A stretch of 64,000 nucleotides of DNA from Candidatus Brockarchaeota archaeon (GTDB lineage: Archaea > Thermoproteota > EX4484-205 > JAAOZP01): assembly GCA_017601395.1 (NCBI GenBank), contig JAFNIQ010000003.1, positions 661 to 64,660 of the forward strand, in the 5' to 3' direction. Shown piece after piece: positions 46,018 through 56,344 of the stretch. Under the pieces are notes generated by a model, which searched no databases, was not told where the DNA came from, and saw only the letters and a program-made list of their open reading frames with translations. Numbering within the stretch: the stretch's first letter is position 1; each line of letters opens with the position of its first letter. The translations under genes were made by a program, and so were the position numbers.

Positions 46018-46599
46018 TTAATACCACGTTGGGAAAAACGCTATTCCGAGCAGGCTTCCCACGGTGCCTGAAAAGACGCCAAGCACCGTCTGCCAGCAGG
46101 TGTGCTCACCCGTGCTTACGCGTGCCCACGCTAAAACAGGTATTAGAGGTAAGAGTATTAATCCGGTGGGCCAGTAGGAGTAAAGTATTAGGATTACTGT
46201 CGCAGTCAAGCCTGCGACGTGAATACTCACCTTTGTCGCGAATGTTAAGAGCAGAAGGATCAACGATGTTAAAAGGAAGGAGTATGAAACTGTTCTCATC
46301 AACTTCATTCCCCAGCCTTGGAAGACGATTGCTGAAACCGCGTAGCCAACTAACCCAGGAATAAAGTGTTTCGGCCTCCTGCTTTTTTCACTCATAAACA
46401 CGTCTGATTTACCACGCAGCCTGAGATAGTAGACGCTTACAAAGGGGACTATGCTGTAGAAGAGCAACACTGTTAGAATGTTCAGCGCAGGGTTGTCTAG
46501 AAAAGCCTCCTCCCTAAGCATCACTACGAGTCCTCCGAGCCCACCTACCACGGGGTTGGATAACAGGTAGGAGAGGACTTCAGCAGTTTTACGCGTCAA
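46018..46599 (-). CDS. Hypothetical polytopic membrane protein
   Basis: Five to six hydrophobic helices. TTG start. Confidence 0.45.
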   Translation of the reverse strand: MTRKTAEVLSYLLSNPVVGGLGGLVVMLREEAFLDNPALNILTVLLFYSIVPFVSVYYLRLRGKSDVFMSEKSRRPKHFIPGLVGYAVSAIVFQGWGMKLMRTVSYSFLLTSLILLLLTFATKVSIHVAGLTATVILILYSYWPTGLILLPLIPVLAWARVSTGEHTCWQTVLGVFSGTVGSLLGIAFFPTWY

Positions 46600-46654
46600 G
46601 CCTACTCGGTTGAGGGATAAGGTTTTAAAAAGCTTCCTGTAAGCGTCTGTTTAA

Positions 46655-47122
46655 ATGGTTGAAAATATTGCCTCTAGGCTTCCGATAGCTTGGAGAAACA
46701 TGCTTTTCAGATGTAGACTTTGCGGGGAGAAATGCTGCGGTCTAACCCCAGAGCTTTCTGAAGAAGACGTGAAGAAGATTAGAAGAGCTAAACCCTCCTT
46801 CAATCCACACTACACTCCTGAGGGTAGGATGATCCTGGTCGGTGAAAAAGGTTTATGCCCATTCCTCAGAGATGGGCTTTGCAGCATCCACGATTACAAG
46901 CCTCTTTTATGCAGGCTTTACCCTTTCTACCCGGTTGAGAAAAAGGTGCTGGAGCACTTTCTAAGCCTCCCTGAAGACGTGGAGGTGGTTAAACACGGCT
47001 CCAAGGAGTACGTTTTCCTCTTCGACGAGCAATGTCCTGGGGTTGGAGAAGGAGACCCGGTTGATTTCAGGAAGCTCTTGGAAGTCTTCCTCGTCTCGGA
47101 ATCCCCACCCTGTTCCTTCTAA
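46655..47122 (+). CDS. YkgJ/UPF0153-family cysteine-cluster (putative Fe-S/Zn) protein
   Basis: CRLCGEKCC followed by CPFL..GLCSIH..CRLYPF. Confidence 0.6.
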   Translation: MVENIASRLPIAWRNMLFRCRLCGEKCCGLTPELSEEDVKKIRRAKPSFNPHYTPEGRMILVGEKGLCPFLRDGLCSIHDYKPLLCRLYPFYPVEKKVLEHFLSLPEDVEVVKHGSKEYVFLFDEQCPGVGEGDPVDFRKLLEVFLVSESPPCSF

Positions 47123-47148
47123 GAGACAGAAACATTTTTACACTCCAA

Positions 47149-48942
47149 ATGCGCTTAAATGCCATGGTTATGCTTTTCAGAGAAGTCGCGGACGCGATGG
47201 AGCAAATCGAGTCGACGACGAAAAGGATTGAAATGACTAGCTTCCTCACGGACCTGTTCAGGAAAGCCAGCCCCGCTGAGCTTGAGAAGCTCGTCTACCT
47301 GCTTCAGGGAAAAGTTAGGCCGGACTACGAGGGCCTGGAGTTCGGGATGGCTGACAAACTCGTCTTAAGGGCTTTAACGGATTTCTCTGGGTTTGACCAG
47401 AATACTGTTGAGAAAATCTATAGGGAGACTGGAGACCTTGGAAGCGTGGCGGAAACCCTTGCAGGAAGAAAGGTTCAGAGGAAGCTTGTAAGCAGAAACC
47501 CAACCCTCCTGGAAGTATACGAGAAGCTCTACAGGCTTGCTAAGCTGGGTGGGAAAGGCTCCGTGACCCAGAAGACTAGCCTACTCGTCTCCCTGCTGAT
47601 AGACATGTCTCCGAAGGAGGCTAAGTATGCTGTTAGAACGATCACCGGGAGGCTTAGGCTCGGCATAGCTGACTACACGATACTCGATGCCCTCGCTCAA
47701 GCGTTCACAGGCGACAAGTCTAACAGGCCTGTTATAGAGCGTGCATATAACATATCCAGCGACCTAGGGGCTGTCGCGAGGGCTGTTGCCGAGAAGGGGC
47801 TCAACGGCGTTTCAGAGTTTAAGATTACGGTCGGCAAGCCTGTTAGGCCGATGCTTGCGGAACGATTGACAACCGTTCAAGAGGTTCTTGAAAAACTTGG
47901 CGGCGAGGCCGCTGCAGAGTATAAGCTCGACGGGGAGCGCATCCAAGTTCATAAGTACGATGGCAGCATCATGCTTTTCTCGAGAAGGCTTGAAAACATT
48001 ACTGGCCACTATCCTGACGCTATAGAGCTGGCCAAGAGGAATGTGGAGGCCCGTGAGGCTATTCTTGAGGCTGAGTGCGTAGCGATAAACCCGGATACTG
48101 GGGAGCTGCTGCCTTTTCAAGAGCTTATGCACAGGAGGAGGAAGTATGGCGTGGAGGAGGCGATGAAAGAGTATCCTGTTGCACTATTCTTCTTCGACCT
48201 CCTGTATGCTGACGGGATGGATTATACTCAGAAACCATACGTGGAGCGGAGAGCCGCGTTAAGCAGGGTTATTGTTGAAGACGAGAGGGTTAAGCTGGTT
48301 AGGCAAATCGTTTCGAAAAACCCAAGCGAGATAGAGAGCTTCATGGAGGAAGCTATTTCAGAGGGTTGCGAAGGTCTTGTCGTTAAGGATTTGAAAGCAC
48401 CCTACAGGGCTGGTGCCAGGGAGTGGAGCTGGATAAAGCTGAAGAGGGAGTATAAGGTTGAGGTCGCTGACACCATAGACCTGGTTATAGTCGGGGCTTT
48501 CCACGGCAGGGGGAAGAGGGCAGGCAGGTACGGCGCTTATCTTCTAGCCGCCTATGACCCTGAGGAGGACATGTTTAGAACATTCGCTAAATGCGGTACC
48601 GGTTTTACAGACGAAGACCTTGAGAGGTTCACCGAGCTTGTTGACAAATACAGGATTGAACATAGTCATCCAAGGGTGGATTCTAAGATTGAGGCCGACG
48701 TCTGGGTTGAGCCCAGAATAGTTATTGAAATAATAGTTTCTGAAATAACCCTGAGCCCGGTTCACACGTGCGGCCTAGGCTTGGTTAGAGAGGGGTCAGG
48801 CTTCGCCGGCCGCTTCCCGAAGTACACGGGGAAACTTAGGGACGATAAGTCTCCGGAGCAGGCGACAACCGTTAGGGAAATCCTGGAAATGTATAGGAGT
48901 CAGTTGAAGAAGATTGAGGAGGAGCCCAGGGAGACCCAGTAG
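47149..48942 (+). CDS. lig: ATP-dependent DNA ligase
   Basis: KxDG adenylation motif YKLDGERIQV, motifs III-VI (FDLLY, EGLVVK, KLK), and an OB domain. A start at 47170 is also possible. Confidence 0.85.
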   Translation: MRLNAMVMLFREVADAMEQIESTTKRIEMTSFLTDLFRKASPAELEKLVYLLQGKVRPDYEGLEFGMADKLVLRALTDFSGFDQNTVEKIYRETGDLGSVAETLAGRKVQRKLVSRNPTLLEVYEKLYRLAKLGGKGSVTQKTSLLVSLLIDMSPKEAKYAVRTITGRLRLGIADYTILDALAQAFTGDKSNRPVIERAYNISSDLGAVARAVAEKGLNGVSEFKITVGKPVRPMLAERLTTVQEVLEKLGGEAAAEYKLDGERIQVHKYDGSIMLFSRRLENITGHYPDAIELAKRNVEAREAILEAECVAINPDTGELLPFQELMHRRRKYGVEEAMKEYPVALFFFDLLYADGMDYTQKPYVERRAALSRVIVEDERVKLVRQIVSKNPSEIESFMEEAISEGCEGLVVKDLKAPYRAGAREWSWIKLKREYKVEVADTIDLVIVGAFHGRGKRAGRYGAYLLAAYDPEEDMFRTFAKCGTGFTDEDLERFTELVDKYRIEHSHPRVDSKIEADVWVEPRIVIEIIVSEITLSPVHTCGLGLVREGSGFAGRFPKYTGKLRDDKSPEQATTVREILEMYRSQLKKIEEEPRETQ

Positions 48943-49018
48943 GATTTTTTTACTCTGACAATGTGAACAGGTTTGTTGAAAGTTTAAATCTTAGTGGTAA
49001 AACTCTTTCTTGAAAACT

Positions 49019-51169
49019 ATGAGCGAGATTCAACTGGTTGTCGCTGAGGCACGTCCGAGGGACGTCGGCAGGAGGATAGTTAGAATAGGTAGGAGGGAGA
49101 TGGCTCAGCTTAAGGCTGAGACTGGAGACGTCGTCGAGATTCTCGGCAGGAAGTCTGCTTCAGCAGTGGTCTGGCCCGGCTACGCTGAGGATGAGGATAG
49201 AAAAATAGTGAGGATGGACGGCCTGATAAGGAAGAGCGCCGGGGTTGCGATAGGGGACTATGTGAAGATTAGGAAGGTGGATAAGGTTGAGAACGCTAAT
49301 GAAGTCGTATTAGCACCAATGGGTGCGCGAATATCCAGCGTGGACGAGGACTTCTTAGACTATGTTAGGGATAAGCTTATAGATACTCCTCTCACCGAGG
49401 GCGACATAGTTGCAGTACCTGTCTTCGGCGGCCAAGCCCTCGGCCTCACAGTGGTCCGGGTTAAGCCAAGAGGCTTCGTGAAGGTTACTCCGGACACGAG
49501 GATGCAGATAGTTAGCGAAGAGGCTGCTGAGAAGCTGGCTATTCCAAGGGTTACTTACGAGGATATTGGCGGTTTACACGAGGAGATTCAGCGAATAAGG
49601 GAGATGGTTGAGCTTCCCCTGAGACACCCGGAACTTTTCCAGAGGCTGGGCATAGAGCCGCCTAAGGGGGTTCTGCTCCACGGCCCGCCTGGCACTGGTA
49701 AAACGCTCCTGGCTAAGGCTGTTGCAAACGAGTCTGACGCCAACTTTCTTTCTATAAACGGGCCTGAGATAATGAGCAAGTTTTACGGCGAGTCTGAGGA
49801 AAGGCTTAGAAGGGTTTTCCAGGAGGCTCAGGAGAAGGCTCCCAGCATAATCTTCATAGATGAGATTGACGCTATAGCGCCTAAGAGGGAGGAGGTCGGC
49901 GGAGAGGTTGAGAGAAGAGTGGTGGCCCAGCTTCTCGCGCTCATGGATGGTTTGAAGGCTAGGGGCGACGTGATCGTCATAGGCGCGACGAATGTTCCGA
50001 ACATGATTGACCCTGCTTTACGCAGGCCGGGGCGGTTCGACAGGGAGATAGAGATAGGAGTGCCCGATAAGCAGGGCAGGCTTGAAATACTTCAGATCCA
50101 CACCAGGTCGATGCCGCTTGACAAGGATGTGGACTTGAAGAAGCTGGCTGAAATAACGCACGGCTATACTGGCGCAGACCTGGCTGCGCTGTGCAGGGAG
50201 GCGGCGATGAAGGCTTTGAGAAGATACTTGCCTGAGATAAAGCTGGATGAGAGGATTCCACAGTCTGTCTTGGAGAAAATGGTTGTTAAGGCTGAGGACT
50301 TCATGAACGCGTTTAAAGAAATAACTCCTTCCGCGATGAGAGAAGTGTATGTTGAGGTTCCAACGGTCAGGTGGAGCGACGTCGGAGGGCTTGAGGAGAT
50401 TAAGAGGAGGCTCAGGGAGACCGTCGAGCTTCCAATAAAGACCCCGGAGAAGTTTGAAAAACTAGGTATAACGCCTCCTAAAGCTATACTTCTCTACGGT
50501 CCACCGGGATGCGGGAAGACTCTTCTCGCCAGGGCGGTCGCGACTGAGAGCGAGGCCAACTTCATAAGCATTAAGGGTCCGGAGATCTTCTCGAAATGGG
50601 TTGGGGAGTCTGAGAAAGCAATAAGGGAAGTGTTTAGGAAGGCCAGGCTCGCCTCGCCCTCAATAATCTTCCTGGATGAGGTTGACGCAATCGCTCCGAG
50701 GAGAGGCATGAGCATGGCTGACAGCGGCGTGACGGAGAGGGTTGTAAGCCAGCTGCTGACAGAGATGGACGGGCTCACCCCCATTGAGAGGATTGTTATA
50801 ATAGGAGCTACCAACAGGCCTGAGCTTCTCGACCCTGCGATAATGAGGCCGGGAAGGTTTGAAGTAGTGCTGTATGTTCCGCCTCCGGATGAGGCTTCAA
50901 GGCTTCAGATACTTAAAATCCATACGAGGAGAATGCCGTTGGAGGGAGTTAGTCTCGAGGAGATCGCTAAGAGGACTGAGGGCTACTCTGGGGCTGACCT
51001 GGAGGCGCTCTGCAGGGAGGCTGGCTTAAACGCTTTGAGGAGGGATGCTGACAAGGTGACTAAGGAGGACTTTGAAAAAGCTCTTCAAACCATCAAACCC
51101 AGTTTAAAAGAGGAGATGTTGGCTAAATACAAGAAGTTCGGTGAGAAGGAGGAGTTTTTTCTCGTCTGA
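49019..51169 (+). CDS. cdc48: Cdc48/VCP-like AAA+ ATPase (two AAA domains)
   Basis: N-domain, then D1 [16 protein letters not shown] and D2 [16 protein letters not shown], with second region of homology in both. Confidence 0.9.
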   Translation: MSEIQLVVAEARPRDVGRRIVRIGRREMAQLKAETGDVVEILGRKSASAVVWPGYAEDEDRKIVRMDGLIRKSAGVAIGDYVKIRKVDKVENANEVVLAPMGARISSVDEDFLDYVRDKLIDTPLTEGDIVAVPVFGGQALGLTVVRVKPRGFVKVTPDTRMQIVSEEAAEKLAIPRVTYEDIGGLHEEIQRIREMVELPLRHPELFQRLGIEPPKGVLLHGPPGTGKTLLAKAVANESDANFLSINGPEIMSKFYGESEERLRRVFQEAQEKAPSIIFIDEIDAIAPKREEVGGEVERRVVAQLLALMDGLKARGDVIVIGATNVPNMIDPALRRPGRFDREIEIGVPDKQGRLEILQIHTRSMPLDKDVDLKKLAEITHGYTGADLAALCREAAMKALRRYLPEIKLDERIPQSVLEKMVVKAEDFMNAFKEITPSAMREVYVEVPTVRWSDVGGLEEIKRRLRETVELPIKTPEKFEKLGITPPKAILLYGPPGCGKTLLARAVATESEANFISIKGPEIFSKWVGESEKAIREVFRKARLASPSIIFLDEVDAIAPRRGMSMADSGVTERVVSQLLTEMDGLTPIERIVIIGATNRPELLDPAIMRPGRFEVVLYVPPPDEASRLQILKIHTRRMPLEGVSLEEIAKRTEGYSGADLEALCREAGLNALRRDADKVTKEDFEKALQTIKPSLKEEMLAKYKKFGEKEEFFLV

Positions 51170-51414
51170 AAAGGAATGATTTAATCAATCTATCCTCTTT
51201 TTGAAAATTTTTGCCTATTTCATCTGAAACGGCTGCGAGTTTAAAATCCGAATGCTTCTAAAACCATGAGCGGCGAGGAGGCAAGATTAAGAAGTTCAGG
51301 ACGTAGCCCATGCAATCCATCGAGCGTCGTGGTTTATGCTCGTGAGTGGAAGTAGGTCCCCTATGGAAACCCCTCCCAAAAAACTTAAAATTAAGGAGCT
51401 TCCTAAAATTATGC

Positions 51415-51864
51415 ATGCCTAAATCGGGAGCTTCAAAACAACCTTCGAAGAGTCTTACTGGGAAGGAGGTCGAGTATCTTAAGGCGGTTTTCAAACTGCT
51501 TTCAGGGAGGGATATGGTTGGAAGCCTTGAAGTAGCGGATGCGATGAGGGTTTCATGTGCAACTGCAAGCGAATATCTTGGAAGACTAGAGGAAAAAGGC
51601 ATGGTTAAAAGGTATCGTTGGAGGGGAGTAAGCCTTACTGAAAAAGGGTTAGGAGAAGTTAACAGAATAATCAGGAACCACAGGGTTTTCGAAACATATG
51701 TTTACAGGTTCCTCTCAATGGGTCTGCAGGATGCTTGCGAATGTGCGAGCATGGTTGAACAATGTCTTCCTGAGAAGATCGTTGACTCCATGTGCAGCGC
51801 TCTAGGTCACCCTAAGACCTGCCCTCATAGGAACCATATTCCAGGAGGCAGGTACTGTTGCTGA
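51415..51864 (+). CDS. DtxR/MntR-family metal-dependent transcription repressor
   Basis: HTH VSCATASEYLGRLEEKGMV and a metal-site region NHRVFETY. The C-terminus has a CxxxxHPKTCPH motif. Confidence 0.7.
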   Translation: MPKSGASKQPSKSLTGKEVEYLKAVFKLLSGRDMVGSLEVADAMRVSCATASEYLGRLEEKGMVKRYRWRGVSLTEKGLGEVNRIIRNHRVFETYVYRFLSMGLQDACECASMVEQCLPEKIVDSMCSALGHPKTCPHRNHIPGGRYCC

Positions 51865-51869
51865 GGAAC

Positions 51870-52880
51870 ATGGTTGGAACCATGATTCTCGCAACAGTTT
51901 TCCTGCAGTTTTCACCCGTATCTGCCTATGCTGAGCCGTATGGGAAGACCAGGATAGTTGTCACGATGGATATTCTGAGGCCGATCGTCTCCTCTGTAGC
52001 GGGCAGTGCCGCAGAGGTTTATTCGATTGTTCCAGGGGATGCTGAGCCGCATGGCTTCACCCTTACTCCAAGCATCGTGAGAAACGCTTCCAGCGCTGAC
52101 CTGATAGTTATAACTGGCCACATGGAGTGGGAGGAGGATCTTGTTAAACGGGTTGCCGAGGAAAGAGGTGTTGAAACCGGTTCAATAATGCTGAACCTGC
52201 TTAACCTGGTTGAGAGGAATGGTACTATTCTCGAGCTGGAAGGCGGGAGGAATATTCACGGCTTCTGGCTTCTTCCTGATAACGCTATCCTGATCGCGAG
52301 AGCCCTGAGAGACAGGCTTTCAAACTTGAGGCCTGAGCATTCTGAGGAATACCGTTTCAACTGCATGCTTTTCGAGGAGAAAGTATCGTCTCTAAAGATT
52401 TTTCTCCAAAGGCTTTCGGAGAAACGCGGCTCATCTGGGAAGAGAGTTGTCATAGGTTTCTACGGTGAGCAATACGTTGTTGAAGCCATGGGTTTAAAAG
52501 CAGGCGCCGTGCTTGTCGGCGAGGGCGAGGCCATAAGCCCCAGGTCTTTAAGCAGGGTTTACGAAGGGCTTAAGTCTGGAGAATATGCTTGCATAGTTGT
52601 CTCCGACACTGCTTTGTTGATGAGCGGGGTTCAAAATGCTCTGCGGGAAATCTCCAAGGATACGGGTTGCAAGATAGCCTATGTTTCAGTAGTTTCAGCA
52701 ACCGGCGTGAAGGATTACGATTCAATAATGTACTATAACGCTGGTCAAGTTTACAGTGCACTCTTATCCGAGCGGGAAGCTGTTTCAAGCGGGGTTAACA
52801 TTTACCTTCTGACAACGCTTGCAGCACTGCTGGCGGTCGTGCTTGAAACAATAATCTTAGTCAGGAGAAGTAAACGATGA
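51870..52880 (+). CDS. Metal (Mn/Zn/Fe) ABC transporter substrate-binding protein (TroA/ZnuA family) with C-terminal TM anchor
   Basis: Signal peptide, a His/Glu metal-binding-type sequence (DAEPHGFTLTP), and a C-terminal hydrophobic helix. ATG at 51870. Confidence 0.7.
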   Translation: MVGTMILATVFLQFSPVSAYAEPYGKTRIVVTMDILRPIVSSVAGSAAEVYSIVPGDAEPHGFTLTPSIVRNASSADLIVITGHMEWEEDLVKRVAEERGVETGSIMLNLLNLVERNGTILELEGGRNIHGFWLLPDNAILIARALRDRLSNLRPEHSEEYRFNCMLFEEKVSSLKIFLQRLSEKRGSSGKRVVIGFYGEQYVVEAMGLKAGAVLVGEGEAISPRSLSRVYEGLKSGEYACIVVSDTALLMSGVQNALREISKDTGCKIAYVSVVSATGVKDYDSIMYYNAGQVYSALLSEREAVSSGVNIYLLTTLAALLAVVLETIILVRRSKR

Positions 52881-53656
52881 GTACTCCGGTAATATCTGTC
52901 GAAAACGCTTCGGTGAGGCTTGATGGCCACATGGTTTTAGAGGATGTTAGCTTCCAGGTTGAGTCGCCAGCATTCATAACTGTAGTCGGGCCGAACGGGG
53001 CTGGCAAGACTACGCTTTTAAAGGTCCTCCTAGGCATGGTTAAGCCTTTCAAGGGAAGCGTCAAAGTACTCGGTTTAAACCCTTTTACTGACTATGGTAG
53101 GCTCAGAGGGCTCGTCGGCTACGTCCCGCAGAAAGACAGGGTTTCCTACGAAACCCCGTTAAGGGTGAGCGAGATTGTCCTAATGGGAATAGTCTTGAGG
53201 AAAAGTTTTCCCAGAGTTGTTTCAAAGGATGATTTTGAATCTGTGAGAAGGGCTCTAGCATACTTGGGTATGGAGGAACACTGGGGCTCGTTTTTCAACG
53301 AGCTCAGCGGGGGGCAGCAGAGAAGAGTCCTGATAGCGAGGGCGCTAGCATCCGACCCGTTGCTCCTGCTGCTGGACGAGGTGTTCGCCGGGCTGGATTC
53401 TGAGAGCCAGGAGTACTTGATTAACGTTTTCAAGAAGTTGAAGGAGAGGGGGAGAACCATAGTTATCGTGGAGCATGAGGTCGACCCTATAATGGAGCTT
53501 ACCGACAGGATTCTTGTTTTAAACAGGGTTGTATGCGCATATGGTGATCCAAGCTTGGTTTTAAGCGAGGAGAAGCTGAAACCGATCTATCCCTGTTTAA
53601 AAACTGTTGAAAGAGAGGGGCGGAGGATCTTCATACTGGGTGATAAGCATGCTTGA
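52877..53656 (+). CDS. Metal ABC transporter ATP-binding protein
   Basis: Walker A GPNGAGKTTLLK, ABC signature LSGGQQRR, Walker B LLLLDE. Confidence 0.85.
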   Translation: MSTPVISVENASVRLDGHMVLEDVSFQVESPAFITVVGPNGAGKTTLLKVLLGMVKPFKGSVKVLGLNPFTDYGRLRGLVGYVPQKDRVSYETPLRVSEIVLMGIVLRKSFPRVVSKDDFESVRRALAYLGMEEHWGSFFNELSGGQQRRVLIARALASDPLLLLLDEVFAGLDSESQEYLINVFKKLKERGRTIVIVEHEVDPIMELTDRILVLNRVVCAYGDPSLVLSEEKLKPIYPCLKTVEREGRRIFILGDKHA

Positions 53657-54461
53657 CCCGTTTGTTTTAAGAGCAATCGTCGGGGTTATTTTCGCCTCGT
53701 TCTCAGCACCGATTTCAGTAATCATGCTTCTAAGAGGAGCCCTCTACATTACTCCTGAGGTTTCACACGCTGCCTTAGGGGGTGCAGCAGTAGGCGTTTT
53801 AATCCAGGCTTTCCTCCCCGGAGCGGGAGACCCGTTTGTATTTGCAATAGTGTTCTGCGTGGCAACATCCATACTTGTTTCCCGCGTTGGTAGGAGCAGT
53901 CAGCAAGCCTTGGGCATGATGCTCAGCGTTTCTCTCGCTGTAAGCGTGATGCTCTACGTGATCATAAGAAGCTACATGCCGATAGAGAGGAGAATTTTAG
54001 TTGACAGTTATCTTGTGAGTGACCTTCTGCTTCTTTCAGAAATGGATGTGCTCAGCCTGGCTGCTGCGTCAACCGTTTCACTCATTGTCACCATAATGTT
54101 TTACAGGGAGTTTATCTATATTTGCTTCGACATGGAGACCGCTGAATCGTTCGGCCTTAAAACAGGACTATACGACTCACTGCTATTCGCAGTTTCCGCG
54201 ATAACTGCCGCTGTCGTGGCGAGAACCATGGGCATTCTACTTTCCGTCACGCTTCTCGTAATACCTGCAGCGGTCTCAAGGCTGCTGGCCCGCCGCATAG
54301 GCATGATGCTGCTAGCGTCTTTCACAGTTGAGGCCATATCTGGATTAGGAGGTATTACAGTATCACTGCTCTACGATATTCCGACTAGTGGTGCAATAGC
54401 CCTGGTCTCGATCATGCTGTTTTCCGCATGCTATCTTTTCAAACTGGTTTTGAAGAGTTGA
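53649..54461 (+). CDS. Metal ABC transporter permease (TroC/ZnuB family)
   Basis: Eight hydrophobic helices. The start overlaps the ATPase stop. Confidence 0.75.
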   Translation: MLDPFVLRAIVGVIFASFSAPISVIMLLRGALYITPEVSHAALGGAAVGVLIQAFLPGAGDPFVFAIVFCVATSILVSRVGRSSQQALGMMLSVSLAVSVMLYVIIRSYMPIERRILVDSYLVSDLLLLSEMDVLSLAAASTVSLIVTIMFYREFIYICFDMETAESFGLKTGLYDSLLFAVSAITAAVVARTMGILLSVTLLVIPAAVSRLLARRIGMMLLASFTVEAISGLGGITVSLLYDIPTSGAIALVSIMLFSACYLFKLVLKS

Positions 54462-54535
54462 AATTAGCACCGTCCTCTTACTATAAGCCTTAATATAAGG
54501 TAAGCATTTTATTCCGCGAATGGATTCTCCTTCTT

Positions 54536-55264
54536 ATGCGTAACCGAAGTGTTTCGAAGGCTAGGCTTGTCTCATCAGCAGCCCTTTCCACCGCTCTAGT
54601 CTTCATGGCGACAGCATCCGTCTCCATATATATCCCGGCCACCAGGGGCTACTTTAACCTGGGGGACTCCATGATCTTCCTAACCGCCCTGTTGTTCGGC
54701 CCCCTCGTAGGGTTTCTCGCAGGCGGATTAGGATCGATGCTGAGCGACCTGTTCCTAGGTTATACTGTGTATGCTCCTGCAACCCTGATCGTTAAAGGTG
54801 TTGAAGGCTTCCTAACAGCCTTTCTCCACGAGGCTTTCGCTGGAAAGGAGTCGCGGGCAACTCGGCTCCTGATGGTCTTCCTCCCGGTTCCAACAGTGAT
54901 TCTCGGAACCATGCTGGTCATATTTCTTTTCACAGGAGAGGCTGAAGTATCGCTGCTCACAATATACTCGGCTACAATAGCCTATCAGCCTATTCTCTTC
55001 ACGATCCTCATCGTACTGGCGGCATCGCTAATCTTCATTCTGAGAGTCTACCGGGAGAACCTGCCGCTAATAGTGCCGTGCTTCATAGGAGGCTTCGAAA
55101 TGGTTTTAGGATACTTCCTCTACGAGCTTTCCCTATACCAGTTGGGAGCAGTCTTCGAGGTGCCTGCGAACTTCGCTCAAACCTTCCTAGGGACACTGGT
55201 GGCTGTGCCGCTTTACAACGCGGTTGCGAAGAGAATAGGGCAATCAAGAATAATCAGCCGATAG
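54536..55264 (+). CDS. Integral membrane protein resembling an ECF-transporter S component (paralog-like to 5535..6326)
   Basis: Five to six TM helices with a Gly-rich GFLAGGLGSMLSDL motif. A TATA-like taatataagg lies about 40 nt upstream. Confidence 0.45.
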   Translation: MRNRSVSKARLVSSAALSTALVFMATASVSIYIPATRGYFNLGDSMIFLTALLFGPLVGFLAGGLGSMLSDLFLGYTVYAPATLIVKGVEGFLTAFLHEAFAGKESRATRLLMVFLPVPTVILGTMLVIFLFTGEAEVSLLTIYSATIAYQPILFTILIVLAASLIFILRVYRENLPLIVPCFIGGFEMVLGYFLYELSLYQLGAVFEVPANFAQTFLGTLVAVPLYNAVAKRIGQSRIISR

Positions 55265-56243
55265 CTTTCCACAGTTCGTCTTGAGGAAGCTCCCTTATCC
55301 TGATTTCCCTCCTGCCAAGTAGCCCGATCCTCTCACTCTTGTTTCTCGTCATCCTTCCTATGACGCGTGCCTTAAACCCTTTCTCCCGAAGCCTTCTCAA
55401 CAGCACTGGCGTCTTAGATTCGCTGACTGTTGCCAGCAGGGTTCCGGAGCTAACGAGCCTAAGAGGGTCTAACCCGAGCTTTTCGCATATTATCCTAGTC
55501 TCCATCCTAACCGGTATTGACTCCATGTTTACGACGCACCCTTTCCCAGAGGCTTCACATATTTCAAATATTCCGCCGAGCACACCGCCCTCCGTAGGGT
55601 CATGCATGGCTGAAACATACTTCGCGGAAACCAGTGCGGGCTCAACTATGCTCAGGTTTTCAACAAGCCTTCTCGCCCTTTTTAAGACCGATGGCTGAAC
55701 CCCTTTCTCCACCAACCTCCCCCAAAGGTCGGAAGCAAGTATGGAGGTTCCTTCAACACCCGCCTCCCCAACTATCACAATGTTTTCACCAGACTTAGCG
55801 CCGCTCGAAGTGATGATTCTTCTACGTCTAGTCCACCCTATTGCCGTACCCACGAACACAGGGTTTTCAACGATGCTCGAATACTCCGTATGCCCCCCAA
55901 CTATAGCGACCCCAAGCCTCTTAGCTTCCGCGCTGGCCTGCCTCATTATCCTCCTGACTTCCTTATGGCTGGCTGCAGGAGGAAGGATAAGCACGACTAG
56001 GAGGAACTCTGGTCTCACGCCTGTTAGGGCCACGTCGTTGGTTGAAACGTCGACGCCAATCCTACCCAGGTTCTCCCTGGCTCCCGTAACAGGGTCGCTT
56101 GAAACAATTATCTTAACACCATCTAAAGATATCACGCTGTTGTCGACGCCTATGCCTGGGCCGGCAATGACTCTCCTGCTGGTGGCACCGAGGTTTGAAA
56201 ACACTATTCTCTCAAGTATTCTCGGAGGAACCTTGCCAAGCAT
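55254..56243 (-). CDS. PurM-like (AIR-synthase-related) ATP-binding protein; ThiL/HypE-like, family undecided
   Basis: N-terminal GIGVDNSVISLDGVKIIVSSDPVTG (PurM-fold N-domain) and a C-terminal PurM C-domain-like region. Start is either ATG at 56243 or TTG at 56303. Confidence 0.6.
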   Translation of the reverse strand: MLGKVPPRILERIVFSNLGATSRRVIAGPGIGVDNSVISLDGVKIIVSSDPVTGARENLGRIGVDVSTNDVALTGVRPEFLLVVLILPPAASHKEVRRIMRQASAEAKRLGVAIVGGHTEYSSIVENPVFVGTAIGWTRRRRIITSSGAKSGENIVIVGEAGVEGTSILASDLWGRLVEKGVQPSVLKRARRLVENLSIVEPALVSAKYVSAMHDPTEGGVLGGIFEICEASGKGCVVNMESIPVRMETRIICEKLGLDPLRLVSSGTLLATVSESKTPVLLRRLREKGFKARVIGRMTRNKSERIGLLGRREIRIRELPQDELWKAIG

Positions 56244-56344
56244 CCTGCTCAAGTCTGCGTCATTGTCGTGTTGGAGGGTTAAAAACCTTAGGTGCTTCCG
56301 CAAAACAGTTTCCCTAAGATAAGCTTAAAAGCTTTCTGGGTGAG

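Noticed and set aside
51258-51602. 114-aa minus-strand ORF overlapping the DtxR-like gene start
   Set aside because: No motifs. It overlaps the promoter and 5' end of a well-supported regulator, so it is likely spurious.
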